Positions 1 to 9,985 of a stretch of DNA of 64,000 nucleotides are shown one piece after another. Position 1 is the stretch's first letter, and each line of letters starts with the position of its first letter. Under the pieces are notes generated by a model, which was not told the origin of the DNA, made no database searches, and saw only the letters and a program-made list of their open reading frames with translations. Both the position numbers and the translations under genes were made by a program. Where the stretch lies: assembly GCA_963662795.1 (NCBI GenBank), contig OY759746.1, positions 3,840,001 to 3,904,000 of the forward strand, given 5' to 3'. This DNA is from Spirochaetia bacterium. Its GTDB lineage: Bacteria > Spirochaetota > Spirochaetia > CADAEX01.

Positions 1-396
1 CGGTGAAATAATTCTCAAGCTCCGGCATTGAAGCAGGATTTTTTTTGTATAAATTGAATAAAGTATCAGCAATACCCAGAAAATGTTTGCTGTTGTCCTT
101 TTCTATATCATTGTTTTTTCCTGCTGTCTGCTGTATTTCCCCATTAATTTCAGATACTTTTTTCCTGAACTGGGTAAGCTTTTCTTTTTAGATTCAGCTT
201 CTTCCAAAAGAGATTCAGCTTTTTTTAACTCAGTTATTGAGGAACCGTGTTTTTTCTTCCTGATGATAGAATTATACTCTCCAGTTTCATTCTGAAATAT
301 TAATTCCCCAAGGGTTTTATAATGCGAATCCGCATCAAGTACGGCATCCTTTATCATGACTTCAATTTTTTTAATTTCCTTAATTCTGTTATCCAT
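1..396 (-). pseudogene. Coiled-coil-like hypothetical protein with an apparent -1 frameshift near 178-189, running off the window start
   Basis: ORF 402..103 stops early. A -1 frame opens at the A-rich TCT AAA AAG AAA AGC site and stays open to base 1 (KLTQFRKKVSEINGEIQQ...ELENYFT). Could be an assembly indel. Confidence 0.5.
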
Positions 397-515
397 ACGC
401 ATATTGTGTCATAAACTCAACAAATCTGCAATTTTTTTTATTTTTTATTGAAGAAACTTCCTGATTTAATTATCATTTAAATGAGTTTTTTTATCCTGGC
501 GATATTGGAGTTATT

Positions 516-1439
516 ATGATATTTTCTGAAACTATATTAGATACAATTGGTAAAACACCTTTAATTAAATTGAGAAGCATCTCTGAAGAGACCGGCAACC
601 TTGTTCTCGCAAAAGCAGAATTCATGAATCCTGCTTCAAGCGTTAAAGACAGGGCCGCCCTTTTTATGATAAACAGCGCGGAGAAAGAAGGTATATTAAA
701 ACCTGAAAGCGTCATTGTTGAGCCGACAAGCGGCAACACAGGTATCGGGCTTGCACTGGTCTGTGCAGTCAAAAAATACAGGCTTATTCTTACCATGCCT
801 GAATCCATGAGTATGGAAAGAAGAAATCTTCTCTCTGCCATGGGTGCGGAACTGGTTTTGACCCCGGCCGACGAGGGAATGTCCGGAGCAATCAACAAAG
901 CCCGGGAAATAGCGGAATCGAACAAGGATAGCTTTATTCCAATGCAGTTTTCAAACAAGGCAAACCCGGAAGCACACTACAGAACAACGGGGGTGGAAAT
1001 CTGGGAAGATACAGGCGGTGAGATTGACTGGTTTGTAGCAGGAGTCGGAACAGGCGGAACTGTTTCAGGCTGCGGCAGGTATTTCAGAAGGAAAAAAAGT
1101 TCTGTAAAAATCGCGGCAGTTGAACCATGGGAATCTTCAGTAATATCAGGGGAGCAGGCCGCAAAACACCGCATACAGGGTATAGGCGCAGGCTTTATCC
1201 CGGAAAACCTCGACAGGTCGCTTATTGACAGAATAATCAGGGTAAGAAGCGAAGATGCCATAGAAATGAGCAGAACTCTTATCAAAACCGATGGGATTTT
1301 TGCCGGTATTTCTGCCGGAGCCAATGTATATGCAGCAAAAATGATCTCCGAGTATGAAAAAAACAAGGGGAAAATAATTGTGACTATTCTCTGCGACAGC
1401 GGGGAGAGGTATCTTTCAACAGGGATATACAACACATAA
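516..1439 (+). CDS. cysK: Cysteine synthase A (O-acetylserine sulfhydrylase)
   Basis: PLP lysine motif NPASSVKDR, EPTSGNTGIG, GVGTGGT, HRIQGIGAGF, DSGERYLS. Confidence 0.95.
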   Translation: MIFSETILDTIGKTPLIKLRSISEETGNLVLAKAEFMNPASSVKDRAALFMINSAEKEGILKPESVIVEPTSGNTGIGLALVCAVKKYRLILTMPESMSMERRNLLSAMGAELVLTPADEGMSGAINKAREIAESNKDSFIPMQFSNKANPEAHYRTTGVEIWEDTGGEIDWFVAGVGTGGTVSGCGRYFRRKKSSVKIAAVEPWESSVISGEQAAKHRIQGIGAGFIPENLDRSLIDRIIRVRSEDAIEMSRTLIKTDGIFAGISAGANVYAAKMISEYEKNKGKIIVTILCDSGERYLSTGIYNT

Positions 1440-1455
1440 TATCAAAGCTTTTCTG

Positions 1456-1821
1456 TCAGTTCCGGAAATTCTCCACAAACTGAACCTCATACCCGTCAGG
1501 GTCGCTGATAAAGAAAAACCCCACATGAGGATTTGGAAAGAACGGCCCTTTAATACTGATGTTTCTCTTTTTCATCTCTACAAGGGATTTATCAAGGGAT
1601 GGGGTTTCAAAGCCGATTGATATGCCCTTTCCCAGGCCTTCAGCCATTTTCTCACCTGTGCAGACAAGTTCCACCTTGGGCATGTTTTCTTCACCAAGCA
1701 TAACAATTTCAGTTTCTCCCCCGTCATGACGGCTGCTGACTGAAAGTCCAAGTACTCCCTGATAGAATTCAAGGGATTTTTTCATATTTTCAACCCTTAA
1801 TGTTACCCAGCAGAATTTCAT
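1456..1821 (-). CDS. VOC/glyoxalase family protein (lactoylglutathione lyase-like)
   Basis: TLRVENMKKSLEFY...LG and FFISDPDGYEVQ motifs; GGAGG RBS. Confidence 0.85.
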   Translation of the reverse strand: MKFCWVTLRVENMKKSLEFYQGVLGLSVSSRHDGGETEIVMLGEENMPKVELVCTGEKMAEGLGKGISIGFETPSLDKSLVEMKKRNISIKGPFFPNPHVGFFFISDPDGYEVQFVENFRN

Positions 1822-1869
1822 TTTATTTCTCCTCCGTATTATTATAAACCTGCCCCCGATGCTTCCCTG

Positions 1870-2559
1870 TCAGGACGGTATTTTTCCTTTCCGGTACCAG
1901 TTTTCCGCGATATAAACGCATGGCGTGTCAAAAACTGCGACTATCCATTTCATTATGTATGTTGTAAGAAATATTTCAACTATTGTTTTACTGTCAAAGA
2001 CTCCGGCGAACGCAATCAGCGTAAATACAACGCTGTCTATCAGCTGGCTTACCATCGTGCTTGCGTTATTTCTTATCCAGATATATTTTTTGTCTGAATA
2101 TTTGTTTTTCCAGAAGCTGTAAGCCCAGATATCGTGATATTCGGATAAAAGAAACGCCGCAAGACTTGCAAGTGCTATCCTTGGCATCACTGAAAATATT
2201 GCGCTTAGGTGCTCACTTGCAAAGTCTGATTCCGCAGGGGTGAAACGGATTGCGATATTCATAAGTATAGTCATTGCCGCAAGAGAAAGAAACCCGGCAA
2301 AAACGGCTTTTGAAGCTTCTTTTTTTGAATGGTTTTCAGAGAGTATATCAGTGACAAGAAAGGATGTCGCATAGATAATATTGCCGAGTGTATTTGTAAA
2401 CCCGAATATTTCAACAGTTTTAATTACTTCGATGTTTGCAAGTATTACAGATATCGGTATCCATATAAAAAGCCCGGTTTTCCCTAAAAACCGATAGAAG
2501 AAAAGAATAAAGGCAAAATTGATAAAAAGTGAGGCAAACCATAATATTTCATTTGTCAT
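1870..2559 (-). CDS. yhhQ: Queuosine precursor transporter (YhhQ/Vut_1 family)
   Basis: Multi-TM protein with DILSE, RIALASLAAF, WIRNNASTMVSQLIDS and DTP motifs; preQ1 riboswitch directly upstream. Confidence 0.9.
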   Translation of the reverse strand: MTNEILWFASLFINFAFILFFYRFLGKTGLFIWIPISVILANIEVIKTVEIFGFTNTLGNIIYATSFLVTDILSENHSKKEASKAVFAGFLSLAAMTILMNIAIRFTPAESDFASEHLSAIFSVMPRIALASLAAFLLSEYHDIWAYSFWKNKYSDKKYIWIRNNASTMVSQLIDSVVFTLIAFAGVFDSKTIVEIFLTTYIMKWIVAVFDTPCVYIAENWYRKGKIPS

Positions 2560-2564
2560 GAAAA

Positions 2565-2605
2565 CTCCTTGTTTTGTTTATGCGGGTTGCAGGAAACGAC
2601 CGCTT
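2565..2605 (-). ncRNA. preQ1 class I riboswitch (translational)
   Basis: Minus strand reads GCGG-UCGUUUCCUGCAAC-CCGC-AUAAACAAAACAAGGAG: P1 stem, loop, and A-rich tail AACAAAACAAG overlapping the SD. Matches the T. tengcongensis preQ1-I pattern and sits upstream of a Q-precursor transporter. Confidence 0.85.
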
Positions 2606-2625
2606 TAATCTGCGAAATTATTATT

Positions 2626-2653
2626 CATGTGCAGACAAATGGGTCTGCACATG
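2626..2653. repeat. Perfect 11-bp inverted repeat (hairpin) after the FabK-like gene
   Basis: CATGTGCAGAC-aaatgg-GTCTGCACATG; no clear U-tract. Confidence 0.6.
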
Positions 2654-2665
2654 TTATCCGGTTAA

Positions 2666-3691
2666 TTATTCTATATAAGATATAACCTTTTCAAGTTCTT
2701 TTACAGCATCGCGGTTGACTTCCTCAATTATTGCTTTTACAGAAATAATGTCTTTTACAAAGTCTATGCTCTGCCCCGCCATAAGAGAACCGGTTGCGAC
2801 ATCTCCGTCAACAACAGCCCGTCTTAATGCTCCGATCCAGAACTCCTCGAGCTTCAATCCCGCGTCCCGTGTGCTTATCTCCCCTGCCTCAATTTTTTTG
2901 ATCAGGTCAAGCTGAAGTGCTGTAAATTCCCTGAATCCTTCATTCATTATCGCCCTTACCGGTATGACCGGAACCCTGGGGTCGAATTTGGCGCACGGCT
3001 GTACATCCTTGGCCGTCGCCCTGACAAAGGCTTCCTTGAATGCCTTATGGGCAGGGGACTCTACAGAAGCGGCAAACCTTGTGCCGAGCTGGATACCGGA
3101 GGCGCCCATCAACATGTAGTGGGCCATAAGAAAACCGCTTCCGATACCGCCTGCGACAAAAACCGGAATATCAGTCACCTGGGGCAGGATCTGCTCGGCG
3201 AGCACGCTTGTGGATACAGGCCCTATATGGCCTCCTGCTTCGTGCCCTTCAATAATTACGGCATCGGCGCCAAGCCTTAAATGCATTTCAACCGCCTTGA
3301 GAGAGGGGGCGAAGCAGATAAGTTTACCGCCTGCGTCTTTCACTTTTCCGTATGCGTCGCGGGGAGGAAGGCCTCCTGCGAATATCACAAAGTCTGCCTT
3401 AATCCTGCACACATAATCAAGCTGAGGTGTAAAATTGGGCGCAATTGTTATCATATTTACACCGAAAGGCTTTGTGGTTAGTGTCTGGGTCTTTTTTATT
3501 TCCTCTGCAAAAAGGTCAACAGGCATATTCCCGCCTGCGATTACACCGAATCCGCCGGCATTGGATATGGCAGAAACAAGCTGATGGTTTGAAATCCACG
3601 ACATGGCACCGCCTAATACAGGTGAATCAACGCCGAGAAAATCCCGCCCCTTTTTATTTAATCTGTCGAAAAGCTGTTTTCCTTTATTCAT
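2666..3691 (-). CDS. Enoyl-ACP reductase FabK / nitronate monooxygenase family flavoprotein
   Basis: GGAMSW, LVSAISNAGGFG, EGHEAGGHIG, AGGIG, QLGTRF, GSLMAGQS. Confidence 0.85.
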   Translation of the reverse strand: MNKGKQLFDRLNKKGRDFLGVDSPVLGGAMSWISNHQLVSAISNAGGFGVIAGGNMPVDLFAEEIKKTQTLTTKPFGVNMITIAPNFTPQLDYVCRIKADFVIFAGGLPPRDAYGKVKDAGGKLICFAPSLKAVEMHLRLGADAVIIEGHEAGGHIGPVSTSVLAEQILPQVTDIPVFVAGGIGSGFLMAHYMLMGASGIQLGTRFAASVESPAHKAFKEAFVRATAKDVQPCAKFDPRVPVIPVRAIMNEGFREFTALQLDLIKKIEAGEISTRDAGLKLEEFWIGALRRAVVDGDVATGSLMAGQSIDFVKDIISVKAIIEEVNRDAVKELEKVISYIE

Positions 3692-3815
3692 ATTGTTTTA
3701 CCTCGCAATATTTGATCATATTTAAAAAATAAACGCAAATAATATTGAAAGATTATATACTGGTCAAGTCAATATCTTTAAAAAACACTTATTTTAAAAT
3801 ATAATCCCTTTATAA

Positions 3816-4229
3816 ATGGGTAATACTAACAGGACAGATATAATCAGGAAAGAAATATTCCGTCTTTTTATCATGATTTTTTCATTTTCTGTATTATCAG
3901 CCGCTGCGGTTTCGACGCTTTTTATAATACTTAACGATAAAGCAATGCTTATAATTGTACTTTCAATCACGGTAATATTTTCATGCTGGGCATTTTTTTT
4001 CACTCAGCTTGTCAAAATCTTAAGGCCAATGAAAGATTATACCCTCCTTGACAGCAGCGAGATCAACAGGATAATCGCAAAGAACACTGCCCCCATCAGA
4101 AAAAAATACTATTCAATCTATAATCTTCAAAAAGAAAAAGATAAAAAAATGATTCTATTGCGGTATAACCTTGAAAGACTGTATATTAAGATCAGACAGG
4201 ATAATAAAAATCAGGACCGGAGCAGCTGA
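3816..4229 (+). CDS. Hypothetical 2-TM membrane protein
   Basis: Two hydrophobic segments; stop abuts the next start codon. Confidence 0.55.
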   Translation: MGNTNRTDIIRKEIFRLFIMIFSFSVLSAAAVSTLFIILNDKAMLIIVLSITVIFSCWAFFFTQLVKILRPMKDYTLLDSSEINRIIAKNTAPIRKKYYSIYNLQKEKDKKMILLRYNLERLYIKIRQDNKNQDRSS

Positions 4230-5540
4230 ATGATACACATAAATTTCTGGAAATGGGATAATTTAAACAGCGCGGACAGGGAAAAAATCCTCTCAAGATC
4301 TGATACAGATATTAAAGGGGTAATGGAATCTGTTGGCAGAATAATTGAGGATGTAAAAGCAGATAAAGACAGCGCATTGATAAGATATACAAAACAGTTT
4401 GATAAAGCTGACCTTTCTGAAATACCTTTAATGGTAACAGAAAAAGAATATGATGAAGCTGAAAAAGGGCTCACCTCTGACGTAAAGGACGCTCTCTCCT
4501 GGTCCATAGCCAATGTGCGCAAATATCACAGGAAACAGATCCCGGAAGGCTTTGACAGCTTTGAAATAAGACCAGGCATATTTACAGGAGAGAGGGTTAC
4601 TCCTGTAGATTCGGCAGGACTTTATGTTCCCCGCGGCAGGGGAAGCTTCCCTTCGATGCTCTACATGCTCAGTGTCCCTGCGGTTGAAGCAGGAGTTAAG
4701 CGGGTATGCGTTGTTACGCCGCCGAACAGCGACGGCACAGTTGACCCGGCCTGTCTTTACGCTGCAAGGCTCTGCGGTGTCTCTGAAATTTACAGGGTCG
4801 GCGGCGCGCAGGCAATTGCAGCCCTTGCATACGGGACAGAATCGATAAAACCGGTTGTAAAGATTACAGGCCCGGGCAGCGTTTATGTAACAGCCGCAAA
4901 AAGACTGCTTTACGGAAAGATAGATGTCGGCCTTCCTGCCGGCCCTTCGGAATCTGTTATTATTGCGGACTCTTCGGCGGACCCGTACAGGGCAGCTCTT
5001 GATCTTCTTATTGAAGCCGAACACGGATCAGATTCTTCCGCTGTTTTAATTACTGATTCAGAAGTGCTTGCTAAAAAAGTAACCGGATATTTATCCTCAA
5101 TTATTGAAAATGTGCCTGAGCCGAGAAAGACATTTTTATCCGATGTTTTCAGGGGATACGGCGGGATTATTCTGACCTCCGGCATGGATGAAACTGCGGA
5201 AATTGTAAACCTCTATGCTCCCGAGCACCTTCAAATTGCAACGGCCGATCCGCTTGAAGCATCAAAAATGATCAGAAACGCGGGAGAAATCCTCCTCGGG
5301 CAGGACACTCCCTTTTCAATAGCAAATTACTCGACAGGACCGAACGCGGTACTTCCGACCGGCGGAATGGCAAAGAGTTTTTCCCCGGTATCTGTAAGAG
5401 ACTTTACAAAATCCACTTCTTTAATTTATGCAGACCGTAAAGGGCTTAAGGATGTCACTGCCCACGTAATTGCGCTTGCCGATTATGAGGGGTTTAATAC
5501 CCACGCCGGTGCGCTCAGGATGAGGAAAGAACCGCAATAA
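4230..5540 (+). CDS. Histidinol dehydrogenase-family protein (divergent HisD homologue)
   Basis: GLYVPRG, VGGAQAIAALAYGT, GPG, AGPSE, EAEH, APEHL, PTGG; some metal-site residues differ from canonical HisD. Confidence 0.85.
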   Translation: MIHINFWKWDNLNSADREKILSRSDTDIKGVMESVGRIIEDVKADKDSALIRYTKQFDKADLSEIPLMVTEKEYDEAEKGLTSDVKDALSWSIANVRKYHRKQIPEGFDSFEIRPGIFTGERVTPVDSAGLYVPRGRGSFPSMLYMLSVPAVEAGVKRVCVVTPPNSDGTVDPACLYAARLCGVSEIYRVGGAQAIAALAYGTESIKPVVKITGPGSVYVTAAKRLLYGKIDVGLPAGPSESVIIADSSADPYRAALDLLIEAEHGSDSSAVLITDSEVLAKKVTGYLSSIIENVPEPRKTFLSDVFRGYGGIILTSGMDETAEIVNLYAPEHLQIATADPLEASKMIRNAGEILLGQDTPFSIANYSTGPNAVLPTGGMAKSFSPVSVRDFTKSTSLIYADRKGLKDVTAHVIALADYEGFNTHAGALRMRKEPQ

Positions 5541-5544
5541 CTAT

Positions 5545-6975
5545 ATGAACACTGATATTGCCTCTGTAGATGAAGGGTTTTACTATCTTGAATCATTTAC
5601 AAATCTTGAAAGAAAAACAACTCTTTATGAAAGGGAATACAGACTCGACAGGGTAAAGTACCTTTTTGCCTCTTTCGGAAGCCCGCATGATGGGATAAAC
5701 CTTATCCACATCGCAGGATCCAAGGGGAAGGGCTCGACCTCATCGTATGCGGCATCAATACTTAAAAACTGCGGTTTTAAAACAGGTCTTTACGCTTCTC
5801 CCCATCTTCTGACATACAGGGAAAGGATAACTCTCGCAGGTGATTTCTTCAGTGACGAGGTCTATATCAGAAATATCAGTTGTATTAAAGCTTTTCTGGA
5901 AAACGCGAAGATACCGTTTGAGACTCCCCCCACTACCTTTGAGCTTCTGACCCTTCTTGCGTTTTTGATCTTCAGGGAACAGAAATGCAGCTGGGCAGTT
6001 ATTGAAACCGGGATAGGGGGAAGGCTTGATGCCACAAACATCATTACCCCCCTGTGTTCAGTTATAACCCCGCTTGAGCTTGAGCATCAGGACATTCTCG
6101 GCAATTCTCTTGAAGAGATTGCATTTGAAAAAGCCGGAATCATCAAGAGATTAATTCCTGCTGTCACGGCCGGGCAGCCCGAAAAAGCACTTGAGGTTTT
6201 AAAGACCGCAGCTTCAGACAAAGACAGCAGTCTGACGGTAGTAACCGATGCCATGAGGATAAGCAATGCAGCTGTGTCGGTCAGCGGAACATCTTTTACC
6301 CTTTCTTCAGATTCAGGTGAAACTTTTGAATATAATCTTCAAACCCGGCTTTTAGGTTCATTCCAGGCAGAAAACAGCGCTCTTGCGATACTTGCTGTTA
6401 TGAAAGCGCTGGGAAAATACAGGGATTTTCCCTCAGGAGAACCTTATAACGGAAAACTTTTTTCCGAAGAAATTTCTTTCAGGAATTTCTTTCAGGAAGC
6501 AGTAAAAAAAGGGATTAGTGAGGCAAAAGCTGCAGGAAGAATTGAGTATCTGATGCCATCCGGATTTCAGCCGGGAATAATACTGGACTCTTCCCATACA
6601 CCTGGTTCTGCGGAAAAGCTGCTAAGTGTCATTGAAACAATAGGGGATTATGAAAAGAAGGTTCTGCTTTTCGGTTCGATTGAGGGCAAGGATTATAAAA
6701 AAATGCTCGAAATACTCGGCCCTCTTTTTAATGAAATAATCATCTCTACCCCGGGAATTTTTAAAAAAAGCAGCCCTGAAATGTCCTATAATTATGCCAG
6801 ACAGCTCATGAGCAATAACAAGGTGTCTCTTGAAATTGTACCGGCATCTGCCCTTGAAAAAGCACTGGAAAGCGCCGGGGGCAAAGGTCTTATCGTTGTT
6901 ACAGGTTCTTTTTATATGGCAGGTGAAATCAGGAAAATCCTGAAAGGAGGATATTGTGGAATTTCTGAGCAGTGA
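5545..6975 (+). CDS. folC: Folylpolyglutamate synthase / dihydrofolate synthase
   Basis: IHIAGSKGKGST, SPHL...ERI, ETGIGGRLDATN, IAFEKAGII, TGSFY. Confidence 0.93.
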   Translation: MNTDIASVDEGFYYLESFTNLERKTTLYEREYRLDRVKYLFASFGSPHDGINLIHIAGSKGKGSTSSYAASILKNCGFKTGLYASPHLLTYRERITLAGDFFSDEVYIRNISCIKAFLENAKIPFETPPTTFELLTLLAFLIFREQKCSWAVIETGIGGRLDATNIITPLCSVITPLELEHQDILGNSLEEIAFEKAGIIKRLIPAVTAGQPEKALEVLKTAASDKDSSLTVVTDAMRISNAAVSVSGTSFTLSSDSGETFEYNLQTRLLGSFQAENSALAILAVMKALGKYRDFPSGEPYNGKLFSEEISFRNFFQEAVKKGISEAKAAGRIEYLMPSGFQPGIILDSSHTPGSAEKLLSVIETIGDYEKKVLLFGSIEGKDYKKMLEILGPLFNEIIISTPGIFKKSSPEMSYNYARQLMSNNKVSLEIVPASALEKALESAGGKGLIVVTGSFYMAGEIRKILKGGYCGISEQ

Positions 6976-7531
6976 CAGAATTGCTGTTTTAAGGGGAGAT
7001 ATTACAAAACTTGAAGTTGACGCAATTGTTAACGCAGCCAATTCACAGCTTCTTGGAGGCGGCGGTGTTGACGGGGCCATTCACAGGGCAGGAGGGCCTG
7101 AAATACTTGAAGAATGCAAGGCAATAAGAAAAAATCAGTATCCGGGACCTGAAGGTATGCCGCCGGGAAACGCTGTTGTAACTACAGGAGGCTATCTTCC
7201 CGCAAAAAAAATTATCCATACGGCAGGCCCTGTCTGGGGGGGCGGCAATATGGGAGAAGAAGCGATACTGGAAAAGGCATATCTCTCATGTCTTGAGACT
7301 GCCTTGACTTTTAAATTTTCCTCTATTGCATTTCCGGCAATTTCAACAGGTGTTTTCGGTTACCCAAAGAAAAAGGCGGCAGTTACCGCTTACAGGACTG
7401 TAAAGAATTTTATCGAAAGCAGCAGATACCCGGAAATGGTTTATTTTGTATTTATAAACAATCAGGATGCTGATTTATTTATTAAAACAATTGAAACAGT
7501 TTTTTTTGCTGATTCGATTGATGAAGACTGA
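6956..7531 (+). CDS. Macro domain O-acetyl-ADP-ribose deacetylase (YmdB-like)
   Basis: GDIT...DAIVNAAN..L.GGGGVDGAIH, IAFPAISTGVFGYP. Confidence 0.93.
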   Translation: MEFLSSDRIAVLRGDITKLEVDAIVNAANSQLLGGGGVDGAIHRAGGPEILEECKAIRKNQYPGPEGMPPGNAVVTTGGYLPAKKIIHTAGPVWGGGNMGEEAILEKAYLSCLETALTFKFSSIAFPAISTGVFGYPKKKAAVTAYRTVKNFIESSRYPEMVYFVFINNQDADLFIKTIETVFFADSIDED

Positions 7532-7540
7532 GGAATAAAA

Positions 7541-9049
7541 TTGTCGCTTAATAATGCAGAAATTGATCTTATTATATCTGAGCTTGATATTTCAGGAAGC
7601 CAGATACAGAATATAATTCAGCCTGATTTCTCTTCATTATTTTTATCGCTCTATGACAGAGGCGCTAAAAAAGATCTCTTTATTTCTCTTGCCCAGAGTA
7701 AAACACGATTAAACCTTACAAACAGAAGATTCCCGAAACCGGCAAAACAGCAGAGATTTGTGCAGTTTCTGAAAGCGAGGATACCTGGAGGAATAATTAC
7801 TGATGTTACGCAGCCCGGAAAAGAACGAATAGTAAGAATCAGGATAGACAATGAAGAGTGGATAACCCTCCTCTGGATAAGGCTCTGGGGCGGCAGCGCA
7901 AACATTATAGCGACAGATGAAAAATTAAATATTCTTGACCTTTTCTACAGAAGGCCTGGTAAAAACGAGACAAGCGGGAAAAAACTTGAACTCCCTGAAA
8001 ATGTACTGAAATCTGCTGAAGGAATGGAAAATACTGCCGGAAAGGATAATATCGTCCTACCAGCCTCTTCGGAAACAAATGCGGTTTTAAGCAGGGAAAA
8101 AGCCTATACAGTGAGGGAATATCCCCACGGGAATGAAAATCCGTTCAACACTTTTATTGACAGATTTTACTCTGAAGAAATTGAATCGGGTGAGAAAGAT
8201 AAAATCAGGGAAATAATTAAGGGAAAGATTAACAAAAAGCTTTCACTTCTGAAATCTTCATTTGAGCGGATTTCGGATGAACTTGGGAGTCCCGGGAGCT
8301 TTGACAGGTTCAAACAGTACGGGCAGCTCATATTAAGCGGCAGCCATTCAATAAAAACAGGTGACAGATGGTTTAAAACAGAGAATTATCTGGATAACGG
8401 AAATTTAATTTCAATCGAACTTGACAGCACTCTCTCTCCTGAGGAAAACGCGGAGAACTATTTTAAAAAATACAAAAAAGCAAAATCCGCCCAGTCAAAT
8501 CTTAATGAAGAAAAAAACAATATTGAATCCCGTATTGAAAAACTGAATCAGACTATTGCTTCGCTTGATGCAATTGATGATATAGGGAAGCTTAAAAAAA
8601 TAATCTCAGGTGATGATTTAAATAAGGATAAAATTGAAAAGGAAGATGTACCGGGCCTTCAATTTTTTTCCGGCGGTTACAGATTCCTTGTCGGCCGGAC
8701 AGCGGCAGAAAACGATGCTCTTTTGAGAAAACATGTAAGGGGAAACGATTACTGGCTGCATGCAAGGGATTATCCCGGAGGCTATGTTTTTATCAAATAC
8801 CTGAATGGAAAATCTGTTCCGCTTGAAATACTTGTTGAAGCGGGAACCCTTGCAGTTTATTTCAGCAAGGGACGTAACTCGGGAAAAGGAGAAGTATATT
8901 ATACCCAGGTAAAATATCTAAGAAGAGCAAAGGGTGCAAAAAAAGGGACAGTACTGCCGACACAGGAAAAAAACCTTTCCATTGTCCTTGATAAAAATAT
9001 TCTCGGGAAATTGCTTAACAGGGGAAAAGAAATCCCTTTAATATATTAA
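7541..9049 (+). CDS. NFACT family protein / ribosome quality-control RqcH (FbpA-like)
   Basis: N-terminal NFACT (ERIV), ENAENYFKKYKK coiled coil, VGRTAAEND...WLHARDYPG, YTQVKY NFACT-R domain. Confidence 0.88.
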   Translation: MSLNNAEIDLIISELDISGSQIQNIIQPDFSSLFLSLYDRGAKKDLFISLAQSKTRLNLTNRRFPKPAKQQRFVQFLKARIPGGIITDVTQPGKERIVRIRIDNEEWITLLWIRLWGGSANIIATDEKLNILDLFYRRPGKNETSGKKLELPENVLKSAEGMENTAGKDNIVLPASSETNAVLSREKAYTVREYPHGNENPFNTFIDRFYSEEIESGEKDKIREIIKGKINKKLSLLKSSFERISDELGSPGSFDRFKQYGQLILSGSHSIKTGDRWFKTENYLDNGNLISIELDSTLSPEENAENYFKKYKKAKSAQSNLNEEKNNIESRIEKLNQTIASLDAIDDIGKLKKIISGDDLNKDKIEKEDVPGLQFFSGGYRFLVGRTAAENDALLRKHVRGNDYWLHARDYPGGYVFIKYLNGKSVPLEILVEAGTLAVYFSKGRNSGKGEVYYTQVKYLRRAKGAKKGTVLPTQEKNLSIVLDKNILGKLLNRGKEIPLIY

Positions 9050-9101
9050 TAATTATAAACATATTGTTGCTAATTAATTTTCAATAACCAATACTATATA
9101 T

Positions 9102-9956
9102 ATGGCAACAGAAATCACAGATATGTCACAGCCTGAAGGGAAAATCAGGGGGCCTATTGTAGACGGTATTTTCTATCCCGATGATGAAAAATTACTTACA
9201 GAAGAGATAAGATATCTCCTTCAGGATGTGACAGAAATTCATGGCAGTTCATTCGGTATAATTGTCCCTCATGCGGCTCTCCCCTTTTCAGGCTCTCTTG
9301 CAGCAGCAGCCTATAATTCAATTGCAGAAAGAAATATTTCTACTGTTGTAATTATTGCACCGGTTCACAGGGAAGAACAGGATGCAGTTTTTCTGACAGA
9401 ATCTGTTTTATTTTCAATACCGACAGGAAAAATAAAGGTTAATACAGAGATTGTAAAAAAACTTGAACATACAAACCCCTGTTTCCAGATCAATGATGTG
9501 CCTCATCTTGAAGAACACTGCATAGAGATGCAGCTTCCGTTTATTCACTATCTTTTTCCGGAGGCTGATATAGTTCCGATACTTGTCGGCTCAAACAAAA
9601 TGGAAATTCTTGAAATAATCTCTGATTCCCTCAGGAATGTGTTCAATGATAAACTTGACAAGACACTTTTTGTAGTATCGGCCAATATGACAGCATACCT
9701 TCCTGTTGAAGAGGCATACAGACATTTCAGACAACTGCTTCATGCGCTTGAAACAGGCGATACTGAAGAATTGAACAGTATGCTGAAAAGCAATTACAAT
9801 AAATCAAAAGGCATCGGCTGTGTTGCTGTCCTTCTTGCAATTGCAGGAGCAGGAGCGCGGGTAAAGGTTCTAAGAAAAAAAGACTCATCAAAATACGGAT
9901 GTGAAAGCGGGAATATTGTCTGCTATGCCGCTATTACAGTAGATAAAGCCGGCTAA
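9102..9956 (+). CDS. AmmeMemoRadiSam system protein B (Memo-like)
   Basis: GIFYP, IVPHA, EEHCIEMQLPF; adjacent to an AMMECR1 protein. Confidence 0.88.
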   Translation: MATEITDMSQPEGKIRGPIVDGIFYPDDEKLLTEEIRYLLQDVTEIHGSSFGIIVPHAALPFSGSLAAAAYNSIAERNISTVVIIAPVHREEQDAVFLTESVLFSIPTGKIKVNTEIVKKLEHTNPCFQINDVPHLEEHCIEMQLPFIHYLFPEADIVPILVGSNKMEILEIISDSLRNVFNDKLDKTLFVVSANMTAYLPVEEAYRHFRQLLHALETGDTEELNSMLKSNYNKSKGIGCVAVLLAIAGAGARVKVLRKKDSSKYGCESGNIVCYAAITVDKAG

Positions 9957-9985
9957 AACCTGTACAATAACAATCAGAGGAAATA

